A stretch of DNA of 61,217 nucleotides, from positions 1 to 61,217 of the forward strand of contig JAWABQ010000003.1 in NCBI GenBank assembly GCA_038884575.1, in the 5' to 3' direction. Origin of the DNA: Candidatus Woesearchaeota archaeon (lineage in GTDB: Archaea > Nanobdellota > Nanobdellia > Woesearchaeales > ARS49). Positions 32,995-42,495 of the stretch are shown in pieces. A program made the translations under genes and the position numbers. Position 1 is the stretch's first letter; every line of letters begins with the position of its first letter. The notes beneath the pieces are model-generated. The model was given only the letters and a program-made list of their open reading frames with translations. It was not told the DNA's origin and did no database searches.

Positions 32995-34554
32995 TTATTC
33001 GTAAGCGACAAATGTCTCGTCACCAGTGGCAGTATCTATCGCAAAAATGCTGTAATCCCTTCCAATAATCACTGTGCTGTTGTCCTTGCTGATGTCGTAA
33101 ATTTGGCTCATTGACGGTTTCCTTGAAAGCTCCCTTGTTGTTTTTGCCGCAATATCGTACACATTGACAACTGTCTCGTTTGTTCCATCAACATATGCTG
33201 CGTACACCACGATTGAGGAATCTGGTGAGAACCTTGGACTTCTAGGGAACCCGTTGTAGATTACCTTGGAAGTGCCTGCTTCAACATCAAAAAGTACTAA
33301 ATCATTGTAGCCTCCCATCAAGAGCACATATTTGCCGTCTTTTGAACTGTCGCGCACCCGCACATCATTGTATGAGGGTGCTGCATCAGCTACATTTGTT
33401 CCATCAAAGTACAATGCCTTGCCAATGTAATTTTGGTCTGCATTCCGTTCTGTTCTGATGAGTGCCTTTCCGCCGGACTTTGCAATGACCTGAGAATAAA
33501 TAGGTGTGGCGCCAATTACTGGTGTAACCAGGTCCTCTATTGTGCCGCTTGCCCTGTTGTAGAAGAGCACATTGTCATTTCCGGGTATTGCCAGCCTGCC
33601 TGCTCCATTTACCATTTCGTTCCAACGCCCATCCCAGTTCGGGAATGCGCTCAGGTCAATTGGAGTGGTTGTTTGGGTTGCAAAATCAAAATGATAAAAT
33701 GCAGGGGGGTTTGTCCCTGTGATGTCATACCCGCACATAACTGCCTCTGCCTGCGTCATGCCCTGGACGTAATATGATATTGACGGGTCAGGGCTTGGCG
33801 GGACAAATGTCGCGGTTGCCCCTGTGCCCAGCAATTTGAACACTATATTTGGATAATCATAGTATGCAGCCGCTTCAGGGGTGGAATAGTGCTCAATGTT
33901 GTTTCCTGGGCCGGTAGTCAATAAAAGCTGTTTTGCTCCGCTGCTGTCTATCAGGTAGAATTTATTGTTTCCGAAAATATCTTCGGTAAACACCCTCAAA
34001 TTATTGTCGTTGTGATTAATGTTCACCACTCTTTCAGATGCGAACAAGTCCTTGGTTTCATGCGTGTTCACATCAACAGACATTATCCTGCTGATGTGGA
34101 ACAACCAGTCATATTCCTCGTACAGCGCAGTCTGGTCATTATTGACCATTTTCAGGAAGTATTCGTCCTTGTCAGGCGTGTTGCTGTCAAAGTGAGCGCC
34201 GCCATCGAGGTCAGCAACGACAATATCGCTGTTGGACGGCTGTATGCTGTAATCCCATTCGTAAAGAACTGCTTTTGTCTGCGTTGTGGCACGGAGCCAG
34301 CGGTAAGAATCTTGCGGAAGAGCGCGGAGCAGAAGGTTTGTATTTCCTGACTGGGTGTCAAAGACAATCAAGTTGCCGAGATTGCCCTGAAGGTGGTCTT
34401 CAAGAATGACTTTCTTGCCAGAATTGTTCATATCCTCATAGTGCGCGACTAAAGGATTTACCTGCACTGGCACAAAATTTGTTTCTGTCTTCTTGTTGCA
34501 GGCAGCAATAAGTCCGAGCAGTCCTGCGGCAATCAATGCGAGTTTCTTTCCCAT
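32995..34554 (-). CDS. Lipoprotein with a TolB/PD40-like beta-propeller
   Basis: MGKKLALIAAGLLGLIAAC is a lipobox. It also has repeated beta-strand-rich segments ending in FSPDSSIVVYAAYVDGTNETVVNVYDIAAKTTRELS-type PD40 blades. Confidence 0.55.
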   Translation of the reverse strand: MGKKLALIAAGLLGLIAACNKKTETNFVPVQVNPLVAHYEDMNNSGKKVILEDHLQGNLGNLIVFDTQSGNTNLLLRALPQDSYRWLRATTQTKAVLYEWDYSIQPSNSDIVVADLDGGAHFDSNTPDKDEYFLKMVNNDQTALYEEYDWLFHISRIMSVDVNTHETKDLFASERVVNINHNDNNLRVFTEDIFGNNKFYLIDSSGAKQLLLTTGPGNNIEHYSTPEAAAYYDYPNIVFKLLGTGATATFVPPSPDPSISYYVQGMTQAEAVMCGYDITGTNPPAFYHFDFATQTTTPIDLSAFPNWDGRWNEMVNGAGRLAIPGNDNVLFYNRASGTIEDLVTPVIGATPIYSQVIAKSGGKALIRTERNADQNYIGKALYFDGTNVADAAPSYNDVRVRDSSKDGKYVLLMGGYNDLVLFDVEAGTSKVIYNGFPRSPRFSPDSSIVVYAAYVDGTNETVVNVYDIAAKTTRELSRKPSMSQIYDISKDNSTVIIGRDYSIFAIDTATGDETFVAYE

Positions 34555-34685
34555 TTTACACCCCTAAATGTTGTTACCTAGAAGTAATAAGTGGTCTTTA
34601 TAAAACTTTCGAGGAGCTTGGCATTCTTCCTCAGCTCTGATAAATATTTGGTTGAGATGCCTGATGAATAACAACAAGTGAAGAA

Positions 34686-34744
34686 CTTCCATTATTATTG
34701 GCACCGCGACTGTAAGGAGCCAGTTACTTATATTATGCGTTAAG
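34686..34744. repeat. Copy 2 of the roughly 60-nt intergenic motif (see 6489..6548)
   Basis: Aligned by eye at roughly three quarters identity over about 60 nt. It ends just upstream of the TATA-like tttaatataaaa preceding ATG 34776. Confidence 0.6.
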
Positions 34745-34775
34745 TTTTTAATATAAAAGTGATTTCCCGCAAGTT

Positions 34776-35195
34776 ATGGAAGACTTGTTCAAGTGGTCAT
34801 TGATTACTGCGTTTGTCATCTCGCTTGTGACTTTCCTGCTTAACTTTGTCACAAAGGGCATTGGAATCAAGATTATTGTTGCAGTTGTGCTGACAGTGCT
34901 TGTAATCATTTACTTCATGAAAAAGTACGGCGTGCCTGATTCTGGCTTTAGCGCAGGCAGCATAATCGGGCTTGCAGCAATGGCAGGTCTTGCGGTCGTG
35001 GTGACTACTGATGTTCTTGAATACATCTTAACTCTTCTGCTTTTCGTGATCGCGTTCTTCATAGGCGGTTTTGTCGGCAAGTGGTCGTCTGGAGGCTCAG
35101 CAGCTCCAAGGAAAAGGCGCAAGGAAAAAGAGGAAAAAGAGGAAGAAGAGGAAGAGCCAGAGGAAATAGAGGAAAACGAGGTTTCAGGAGAGTAA
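34776..35195 (+). CDS. Small multi-pass membrane protein with an acidic/K-rich tail
   Basis: It has four hydrophobic helices and the tail APRKRRKEKEEKEEEEEEPEEIEENE. Confidence 0.55.
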   Translation: MEDLFKWSLITAFVISLVTFLLNFVTKGIGIKIIVAVVLTVLVIIYFMKKYGVPDSGFSAGSIIGLAAMAGLAVVVTTDVLEYILTLLLFVIAFFIGGFVGKWSSGGSAAPRKRRKEKEEKEEEEEEPEEIEENEVSGE

Positions 35196-35301
35196 GCTTA
35201 AATTTTATATAAAAACGTATTTATAGCGTCCAGCCATGGTGATTGCAATACGTTTCTGTGCAAGTGAGGAGAAAACATAATTTTGAAACTGGAAAGCTAA
35301 A

Positions 35302-35451
35302 ATGGACCCGATTAACTTTTTCAACTCAATGGCATATCTGGAGCCCAAGTGCCCCAAGTGCGAGCATAAGATAGAATACGGCGTGACCACAGAGTGGAGC
35401 GAAAAGCAAAAAGCCCACATCTGCAAGAACTGCCACACTGTGATTGAATGA
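35302..35451 (+). CDS. Candidate 49-aa zinc-ribbon protein (below the ORF-track cutoff)
   Basis: My translation is MDPINFFNSMAYLEPKCPKCEHKIEYGVTTEWSEKQKAHICKNCHTVIE, with CPKC ... CKNC. It is not Nop10 (no PPRFSP). The antisense 167-aa ORF looks non-protein-like. Confidence 0.45.
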   Translation: MDPINFFNSMAYLEPKCPKCEHKIEYGVTTEWSEKQKAHICKNCHTVIE

Positions 35452-35495
35452 TTTCTCAGCATAACTTTAAATAGCATGTCACAAAGGCAGCAGTC

Positions 35496-36485
35496 ATGCA
35501 AACCCTGCCGTTTGAGAAAAGAAGGCCAAAACTGCTTGAGAAAAGGCATGCTGAAACAGACCCTGCATTTGGCTGCATCCCTGAAAAGAGGACAGCTGAC
35601 ATTCTCGTGAATTACGGCATTATTAATCTCAACAAGCCCGCAGGACCAACAAGCCACCAGGTGTCTGATTACATACAAAGGATTTTGCACATTGAGAAAG
35701 CAGGCCACTCAGGAACACTCGACCCCGGCGTTACAGGAGTCCTGCCAGTCGCCCTTGGCCGTGCAACAAGAATTGTGCAAATGCTTCTTACTGCAGGAAA
35801 GGAATATGTCGGAGTAATGCACCTGCACGACGAAGTGCCGACAAAGGAGCTAGAGGCGGCAATCAAAAAATTTGTTGGAAAAATCACCCAGCTGCCGCCG
35901 TTAAGGTCAGCAATCAAGCGGGAACTCAGGCAAAGGCACGTGTATTATTTTGAAGTCCTTGAAGTGCAGGGCAAGGATGTATTGTTCAGGGTGGGCTGCG
36001 AGGCAGGCACATACATCAGGAAGCTCTGCCATGATTTGGGCATTGCTTTGAAAGCCGGGGCACACATGGCTTCATTGCACCGCACAAAAGCAGGACCATT
36101 CACAGACGAAGACTATGTCACACTGCAAGACTTGGAAGACGCATATTGGTACTGGAAAAACGAAAACAATGACAAATTATTAAGAGCATGCATCAAGCCA
36201 GTCGAGTCAGGAGTGGAGCATTTGCCAAAAGTTTACGTCCAGGACTCAGCAGTTGACACAATCTGCCACGGAGCATCACTCAAAATTCCGGGTATAGTAA
36301 GGCTTGATTCTGATGTTGCAAAAGGACAACACATAGCAATAATGACCCTGAAAGGCGAACTAATTGCGTTAGGAGAAGCACAGCAAAACGCAGAAGACAT
36401 TCTCAAGGCAGAGCGTGGAGAGGCAGTAAAGACGCACAAGGTATTCATGCTGCCAGGGACTTATCCAAAACCACAATCTTTATAA
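35496..36485 (+). CDS. cbf5: H/ACA RNP pseudouridine synthase Cbf5 (TruB family with a PUA domain)
   Basis: It carries GIINLNKPAGPTSHQV, GHSGTLDPGVTGVLPV (catalytic Asp) and a C-terminal PUA domain (VDTICHGASLKIPGIV). The TATA tttaaata (35466-35473) is centred 26 nt upstream of the ATG. Confidence 0.93.
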   Translation: MQTLPFEKRRPKLLEKRHAETDPAFGCIPEKRTADILVNYGIINLNKPAGPTSHQVSDYIQRILHIEKAGHSGTLDPGVTGVLPVALGRATRIVQMLLTAGKEYVGVMHLHDEVPTKELEAAIKKFVGKITQLPPLRSAIKRELRQRHVYYFEVLEVQGKDVLFRVGCEAGTYIRKLCHDLGIALKAGAHMASLHRTKAGPFTDEDYVTLQDLEDAYWYWKNENNDKLLRACIKPVESGVEHLPKVYVQDSAVDTICHGASLKIPGIVRLDSDVAKGQHIAIMTLKGELIALGEAQQNAEDILKAERGEAVKTHKVFMLPGTYPKPQSL

Positions 36486-36521
36486 ACGCCGTGCCTGCAC
36501 CTGCCCTATTCTCGATAATTC

Positions 36522-36860
36522 GTGAGAAGGAGTGAAGACAAAATGATTGACTACCTAAGGCCAGTCGCAACATCAGCACCGCCTTACGAGGTGCTTTTCC
36601 AGAGAGGCGATCATAAAAACCAGCTTTGGTACATGAATGGCAGTGACAAGCCTCATTGCGCATCATACAGGCCTGCTGACAACATTAACGGTCATGCTCT
36701 TTTCAGCGCTCTTGAGGTTGTCCTTGGGGGGCTTCCGAGCGAAATCCTCAAGGTTAATATTCGTGCAGAAAAAGATGAGTGCAGGGAAGAGCTGAAGCGT
36801 GAATGCCGCGGTCTTGAGACAGCAACAATTAACGGCCGCATAGTTACTTTCCACATCTGA
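36522..36860 (+). CDS. Hypothetical protein (start may be ATG 36543)
   Basis: ORF only; no recognised motif. Confidence 0.4.
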   Translation: MRRSEDKMIDYLRPVATSAPPYEVLFQRGDHKNQLWYMNGSDKPHCASYRPADNINGHALFSALEVVLGGLPSEILKVNIRAEKDECREELKRECRGLETATINGRIVTFHI

Positions 36861-36934
36861 TTTTTCTTCTTTTTTTATTCTATTATTAAACAACAGAAAT
36901 ACTTAAATAGGGATACCAGTATACATAAAAGTAT

Positions 36935-38755
36935 ATGGAATTATTTGGAATCGTCGAGATAGGTCGGTCTGCCGGACTGTGGGCGCTGCTGTTCCTTGTT
37001 CCGCTGATAATCATTTACCTTATCCGCCCAAGGCCAAAGCTGATGACCATTCCCAGCCTTATGTTCTTCATGAAATCATCAGGGGCAACAAAGCTCACAA
37101 GCTTCCTCAGGCAGTTCCTGAGAGACTGGCTTTTCCTCCTGCAGTTCCTCATAATATTCCTGCTCGCATCAACGCTGGCCCAGCCGTTCACAAGCTATTA
37201 CCACGACATAACATCTGAAAACACAGTCATAGTCATAGACGTTTCTGCAAGCTCGCAGACAAAGGAAAACGGAAAGACAAGGTTTGACATTGCTGTTGAA
37301 AAGGCAAAATCATTGCTCGGCGCAAAAAACACAATCATACTTGCAAAGGACGTTGCCCAGATTGGCATTGAGGATGCTGATGTCACAGACGCAATAGAAT
37401 ACCTTAATGCCCTGAAGCCAAGGGACACGACAAGCAGGATAGGCGATGCAGTAATCCTTGGCGGCGAGGTCCTTGCGGGGAAAGAGGGAAGGGTGATAGC
37501 CATAAGCGATTTTATCAACACAGCAGGGCAGGACCCGCACATTGCAAAGGCTGTTGTTGAAAGCAGGGGGCTGACAGTTGACTTCATAAACACTGCAACA
37601 GGAGAGCACCGCACGAACATAGGCATTGTTGACATGCTTGCAGAGCCGACAACAACAACAGTTTATGTCAAAAACTTTGAGCCTGTCCAGCAAAAAGTCA
37701 GGGTCAGCATCGGTGAAGGCATAAAGGAGCTGGCGCTTGCCGCGCGCTCAATAGAGACATTCTCAATAATCACCCCTCCTGGCGTGACAAAGATATCGCT
37801 CAATGTGCAGGATGATTTTGCAGTTGACAACACTGTTTACCTGAGCAGCCCTGGAGGCGCAAAGACAAAGGCGCTGCTCATAACAAACAACGCGAGTATT
37901 TTCCTCAAGAACGCCCTCCTTGCCTCAGGCGAGACAGAGCTCACAATTGCAGAGCCGCCCATAATCCCAAAAACCGCTTTTGACGTTTACATAATCCACA
38001 ACATCAACCCAAGGAACATCCTTCCGGGCACGTTTGAGGACCTTGCGAACAGGGTGGAGGCAGGGGCAAATGTTGTAATAGCCGCACAGGAGGACTCTGA
38101 CAAGATTGACTACAAGTCGCTGACCCCTGTTGACATCGGCGGAAGGGCAGAGGGAGGGTTCATCACGATTGACCAGATGAACAAGTTCACAAGAAACATT
38201 GAGTTCGGCGCTGTGGAATATTATTTCAGCAGCACCCCGAAAGACAGCCCGCTGACAGTGCTTTCTGTCAATGGCAAGCCTTTGGTCTCTGTCGGCAGGA
38301 AAGGGAAAGGCAAGATAGCTTATTACGGCATCCTTGAAAAGGCATCAGACTTCCCGTACTCGCCTGGCTACCCGATTTTCTGGACAGAGTTCATGCGCTT
38401 CCTGACTGACCAGCAGGATGTGAGGACACTGAACTACAAGACAGGCGACACCCTGATACTTGACGCCTTGCAGAGGATTGAGACCCCGACAAAAATACTG
38501 AAGAAGTCAGCAATGATTCTCGAGGAGGCTGGCATTTACAAGTTTGAGGACGGCAGGACCCTTGCAGTCAACCTGCTCAGTGAGCGTGAGAGCGACATCA
38601 ATGCGAACACAACAATGGGGGCAAAAAGCACAGAATTTGAGCTCAAGCCTGTGAAGGAAAAGCGCAAATTCGAGTTTGAGATGCCGTTCACCCTGCTCGC
38701 CCTTATTATCTTGTTCATAGAGCTGTTATATGTCAAAATGAGGGGCATCGTATGA
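36935..38755 (+). CDS. BatA-like membrane protein with an N-terminal double-TM anchor and a VWA domain
   Basis: The N-terminus is GLWALLFLVPLIIIYLIRPRPK followed by a second TM. It has the VWA MIDAS-like VIVIDVSASSQ and a C-terminal TM helix. Confidence 0.7.
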   Translation: MELFGIVEIGRSAGLWALLFLVPLIIIYLIRPRPKLMTIPSLMFFMKSSGATKLTSFLRQFLRDWLFLLQFLIIFLLASTLAQPFTSYYHDITSENTVIVIDVSASSQTKENGKTRFDIAVEKAKSLLGAKNTIILAKDVAQIGIEDADVTDAIEYLNALKPRDTTSRIGDAVILGGEVLAGKEGRVIAISDFINTAGQDPHIAKAVVESRGLTVDFINTATGEHRTNIGIVDMLAEPTTTTVYVKNFEPVQQKVRVSIGEGIKELALAARSIETFSIITPPGVTKISLNVQDDFAVDNTVYLSSPGGAKTKALLITNNASIFLKNALLASGETELTIAEPPIIPKTAFDVYIIHNINPRNILPGTFEDLANRVEAGANVVIAAQEDSDKIDYKSLTPVDIGGRAEGGFITIDQMNKFTRNIEFGAVEYYFSSTPKDSPLTVLSVNGKPLVSVGRKGKGKIAYYGILEKASDFPYSPGYPIFWTEFMRFLTDQQDVRTLNYKTGDTLILDALQRIETPTKILKKSAMILEEAGIYKFEDGRTLAVNLLSERESDINANTTMGAKSTEFELKPVKEKRKFEFEMPFTLLALIILFIELLYVKMRGIV

Positions 38756-41139
38756 GCATCGCATCATTCGTAAAGCTGGCTTATGGCTACTTTGAGCAGC
38801 CCTTTGTGGTCCTGCTTGCAGTCCCGCTTGTCCTGCTTTCAATATGGCTGCTGAAAAAGGAGTTCATCAAGCTCAAGGAAGACCCTGATGTTGTCAGGCA
38901 GAAGAAGCGCGCCAGAAAAATGATGCTTGTCACAAGGAGCCTGATTATTGTGCTTCTGTGCATTGCCCTTGCAGCGCCTTACATCCAGCACGAAAAAATC
39001 ATTGAAGGCGACCCTTTCATCAAGCTGCTTGTTGACAACTCCACAAGCATGGAATTATTCGAGAATGTTGAGCCAGAGCTCGCAGCGGCGCTTGAAAAGC
39101 GGCTGACTGTTGAAGGCAAGACAATCGCCGCAGGCGAGCACTCCGAGCTCGGCGATGCAATCCTGAACAACCTTGAGCCAGGGCAGAGCGTTCTGCTTGT
39201 CACAGACGGTGCCAGCAACTTCGGCGCAAACCTCGGCGACGTTGCATTGTTCGCCACAAAGCTAAATGCAACAATCAACGCAATACAGCTCACGCCAAAA
39301 AATAATGATGCAGGAGTCGCAATATTGGGGCCGAGCAAGACAATGTCTGATGTTGAGAACACGTTTACCGTGGTAATCAACAGGGTCGGAAGCAAAAATC
39401 CTGTACACCTCGTGGTGACAATGGACGGCGCAACACTTGTAGATGAGGTAACAGGCGACAGTGTCAAGGAAATCACGCAGAAGCTGCCCGAGGGCTACCA
39501 CAAGATAACTGCAATTATTGATTCAAATGACTACTTCCCGCAAAACAATGTCTTCTACAAGACTGTGAAGGTTGTGCCAAAGCCAAGGGTGCTGTTTGTG
39601 TCTGAAAAAGAGTCGCCGCTCAAGACCCTGCTGAGCCAGCTTTATGTTGTTGACTCGCTCTCATCAGTGCCCCAGGACCTGAAGGACTATTACGCAATTG
39701 CAGTCAATGACATTAATGCCGACAAGATGAAGGATGCAACAGACCGCGTCAATGAGTTTGTTTCTGACGGCAACGGTCTGGTTGTCATTGGCGGCAAGAA
39801 TTCCTTTGACGAGGGGGGATACAAGGATTCTGTGTTTGAGACAATGTTGCCTGTGTTTGTTTCTACCCCTGGCAAGAAGCCGGGAGAGATCAGCGTTGTT
39901 ATTGTTATTGACATTTCAGGAAGCACTGGCGCGCCTTTTGGAAGGTTCACAAGCACTGCTGAGTTTGAAAAGTCAGCCGCGGTTGGGATTTTCAGGGATT
40001 TGAGGATGGACATCCGCCTTGCTGTCGTGGCTTTCAATACGCAGGCATACCTTATTTCAGAGCCAAGCCAGGTTTATGAGAAGGTTGGGCTTGAGGACCG
40101 CATCGGCAGGCTCAAGTTCGGCGGCGGCACGCTTATGCAGGCAGGGATGCTTAAGGCGATTGCAATGCTGTCGCAGATGGGTGGAAGCAAGAACATCATC
40201 ATAATGAGCGATGGAAAGACCCAGAGCGAGAGTGCTGCAATAGAGTCTGCAAAGCTTGCTGCAAACGAGGGCATAAAGATTTACACAGTCGGGGTCGGGC
40301 CCACAACAAATGAGAACCTGATGATGCAGGTGGCTGAGATAGGCAACGGCATTTATTTCCGCGCAACAGAGGAGACAAAGCTGAAAATCATCTTTGGCGA
40401 TGTCGAGGACCAGAAGGAGAAAGGGGGCACAATGGGGCTTGTTGTCCTCAACGCCAACCATTTCATAACAGAGGGGTATGAGCCAAAGGCAGACCTCCAT
40501 GGCTTCAACCAGGTTGTGCCCAAGACAACGGCGAGGCTGCTGCTCACGACAACGACAGGTGAGCCAATACTGGCTGTGTGGCGTGTCGGGCTTGGAAGGG
40601 TTGCTGCTTGGAGCACGGACGACGGCACAGAATGGGCGGGCGACGTGCTTAACAAGATTAACAGCAGGATTTATGCGCGCATGTTCAACTGGGCAATCGG
40701 AGATCCTGACAGGAAGGCGCAGAGCTTCATAGATGCAAAGGACACGATTGTCAATGAGCCGACTGAAATAACTGTCAAGTCAGAGACCCCTCCGGAGGCA
40801 AAAGGCGCGACGTTCTACAAGATTGATGATGAGCTTTATTCTGCTGCAATGACTCCGACCACTGTTGGCTTCCATGAAGTGTCAGGGGCAGTATTTGCCG
40901 CAAACTATGCGCGGGAATACGGCGGGCTTGGGTTTAACGATGAGCTCAACAAGATTGTGCTCAGCACAGGCGGAAAGGTGTTCGCGCCTGACGACATTGA
41001 CGGCATAGTCGCGCACACAAAGGCAAGGGCAAGGCGCATAGTCAACACAAAAGACCGGCTTGGCTGGCCGTTTGTGCTTGCTGCTGTCGCAATTTTCCTC
41101 ATAGAAATATTTATAAGGAGACTTGTCAGGAGGGAATGA
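38752..41139 (+). CDS. VWA-domain membrane protein with a C-terminal GATase1-like (DUF1355-type) region
   Basis: Its start overlaps the previous stop. It has an N-terminal double-TM anchor, MIDAS VVIVIDISGSTG, NIIIMSDGKTQ, and HGFNQVVPKTTARLLLTTTTGEPILAVWRVGLGRVAAWSTD. There is a C-terminal TM helix. Confidence 0.7.
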   Translation: MSIASFVKLAYGYFEQPFVVLLAVPLVLLSIWLLKKEFIKLKEDPDVVRQKKRARKMMLVTRSLIIVLLCIALAAPYIQHEKIIEGDPFIKLLVDNSTSMELFENVEPELAAALEKRLTVEGKTIAAGEHSELGDAILNNLEPGQSVLLVTDGASNFGANLGDVALFATKLNATINAIQLTPKNNDAGVAILGPSKTMSDVENTFTVVINRVGSKNPVHLVVTMDGATLVDEVTGDSVKEITQKLPEGYHKITAIIDSNDYFPQNNVFYKTVKVVPKPRVLFVSEKESPLKTLLSQLYVVDSLSSVPQDLKDYYAIAVNDINADKMKDATDRVNEFVSDGNGLVVIGGKNSFDEGGYKDSVFETMLPVFVSTPGKKPGEISVVIVIDISGSTGAPFGRFTSTAEFEKSAAVGIFRDLRMDIRLAVVAFNTQAYLISEPSQVYEKVGLEDRIGRLKFGGGTLMQAGMLKAIAMLSQMGGSKNIIIMSDGKTQSESAAIESAKLAANEGIKIYTVGVGPTTNENLMMQVAEIGNGIYFRATEETKLKIIFGDVEDQKEKGGTMGLVVLNANHFITEGYEPKADLHGFNQVVPKTTARLLLTTTTGEPILAVWRVGLGRVAAWSTDDGTEWAGDVLNKINSRIYARMFNWAIGDPDRKAQSFIDAKDTIVNEPTEITVKSETPPEAKGATFYKIDDELYSAAMTPTTVGFHEVSGAVFAANYAREYGGLGFNDELNKIVLSTGGKVFAPDDIDGIVAHTKARARRIVNTKDRLGWPFVLAAVAIFLIEIFIRRLVRRE

Positions 41140-41140
41140 C

Positions 41141-41695
41141 ATGGCATACATAACAAAAAACGCAAACATTGTCCTTTTGTTCCTGATTCTGATAAGCGCC
41201 GGCGCGCTTGTGGCAGCAACAGTGTTTTTTCAGGAGAACTTTGACCGCATTAATGATGCTTACAGCGCAAAAAAAGCCCAGCTTGAGCAGGTTTCAAAGG
41301 ACCTTTCTGAAAAGCAGCAGGCTTTGGAGCAGATAAAGAACGAGCTGACTCTCAAGGCCGCGAGGGAGGAGGAGTTCAGCCAGCAGTACACCACGGTCAA
41401 GACAGAGAAGACCCAGCTTGAGGGCGAGAAGCAGCAGCTGACTCGGGTGAAGCAGAGCCTTGAAAGGGAGCTTGAAAGCACTGAAAACCAGCTTGTCACC
41501 GTAAAGAACCAGTACGAGGCTGCAAAGGGCGAGGCTGAGCGCCTGAAGACAGACCTTGCAGAAGCCCAGGCTGACATTGTTTCCTTGAACAACAAGATTG
41601 ACGATTACAAGGATGAAATAAGTGCGCTTAGCTCAAAGGTTTCATGCCTGCAGACCCAGCTTGCAAAGCCTGATGCAGAGGAGGGCAGCTGCTGA
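41141..41695 (+). CDS. N-terminally anchored coiled-coil protein (paralogue of the partial gene at 60867)
   Basis: MAYITKNANIVLLFLILISAGALVAATVFF is followed by a continuous heptad-like Q/E/K-rich sequence. ATG 41141 lies 1 nt after the previous stop. Confidence 0.6.
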   Translation: MAYITKNANIVLLFLILISAGALVAATVFFQENFDRINDAYSAKKAQLEQVSKDLSEKQQALEQIKNELTLKAAREEEFSQQYTTVKTEKTQLEGEKQQLTRVKQSLERELESTENQLVTVKNQYEAAKGEAERLKTDLAEAQADIVSLNNKIDDYKDEISALSSKVSCLQTQLAKPDAEEGSC

Positions 41696-42486
41696 TGGCA
41701 ATGAAGCCAATACTTGCGGCATTGAGGGAAGTCAGGACTGCAGTTACGCAGATAACGCTTTTTACTGCCCTGCTTGACACTCTTGTGGTGTTCCTGCTCA
41801 GCGCGCTTGTGCTGATACTTGTTTCGCTGCAATGGTGGTACGCGTTTGTCCCTGCAGCGCTGTACGGCTCAATCCACACGTACAGGAGCGTGAAAAAGCG
41901 CCGCAACCTCGCATATGTCGAGGAAAAGGTGCCTGAGCTTGAGGAGCAGCTGATAACTGTTGCTGACAATACTGACAAGGAGAATGCGATTGTCACAAGC
42001 CTGCAGCAGGATGTCCTGCGCGGCATGCGCGCAATAAAGACCTCGTACTTTTTGAGCTTTGGCAGGCTTGCGCGCGAGCTTATAACTCTCGCAGTTGCCA
42101 GCATCCTGATAATCACGGTGTCAGCGCATGGTGTGAAGTTCCTTGACTTCAGGGATGTGATGAGGGACCTTGGCGAGCTTGGAAAGGGCGTAGGGGCATA
42201 TGAGCTCGGCAATGCCAGCCTTGAGTTCATTGAGAACATGAGTGAGGACATTTATGGCAACAAGACAATAGAGGAATTGGGGAATGATGAGATACAGCTT
42301 CAGCTCTCCCCGGTGCTCAGCGACATTGACATAAGCAAAATCAACCCCCCTGAATCAAAGGAGTTCAAGAGCACCCTGCCGCAGGAAATCAAGGCCACAA
42401 CAGATGTTTCGTTCCAGGAAAGCATCCCGAAAGGGTACCAGAGGATTGTGAAATCATACTTCCGCGAAATCGCAAAAACATCATAA
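41695..42486 (+). CDS. Membrane protein of the MoxR-VWA cluster (3 TM, function unknown)
   Basis: It has a TGATG overlap with the previous gene. The C-terminal IPKGYQRIVKSYFREI resembles the tail seen in Bat-cluster accessory proteins. Confidence 0.5.
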   Translation: MAMKPILAALREVRTAVTQITLFTALLDTLVVFLLSALVLILVSLQWWYAFVPAALYGSIHTYRSVKKRRNLAYVEEKVPELEEQLITVADNTDKENAIVTSLQQDVLRGMRAIKTSYFLSFGRLARELITLAVASILIITVSAHGVKFLDFRDVMRDLGELGKGVGAYELGNASLEFIENMSEDIYGNKTIEELGNDEIQLQLSPVLSDIDISKINPPESKEFKSTLPQEIKATTDVSFQESIPKGYQRIVKSYFREIAKTS

Positions 42487-42495
42487 TAAAGGAGG

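Noticed and set aside
6489-34744. The idea that the two 60-nt motif copies (one next to a tRNA) are att-like borders of an integrated element.
   Set aside because: The enclosed 28 kb carries essential single-copy genes (tfb, ileS, thrS, polB, r-proteins) and no integrase, so it is not a mobile island.
35205-35708. A 167-aa minus-strand ORF overlapping the cbf5 start.
   Set aside because: It is Cys/Phe/Leu-rich with no motifs and runs antisense to the cbf5 N-terminus and the zinc-ribbon ORF. No promoter-like element lies upstream.
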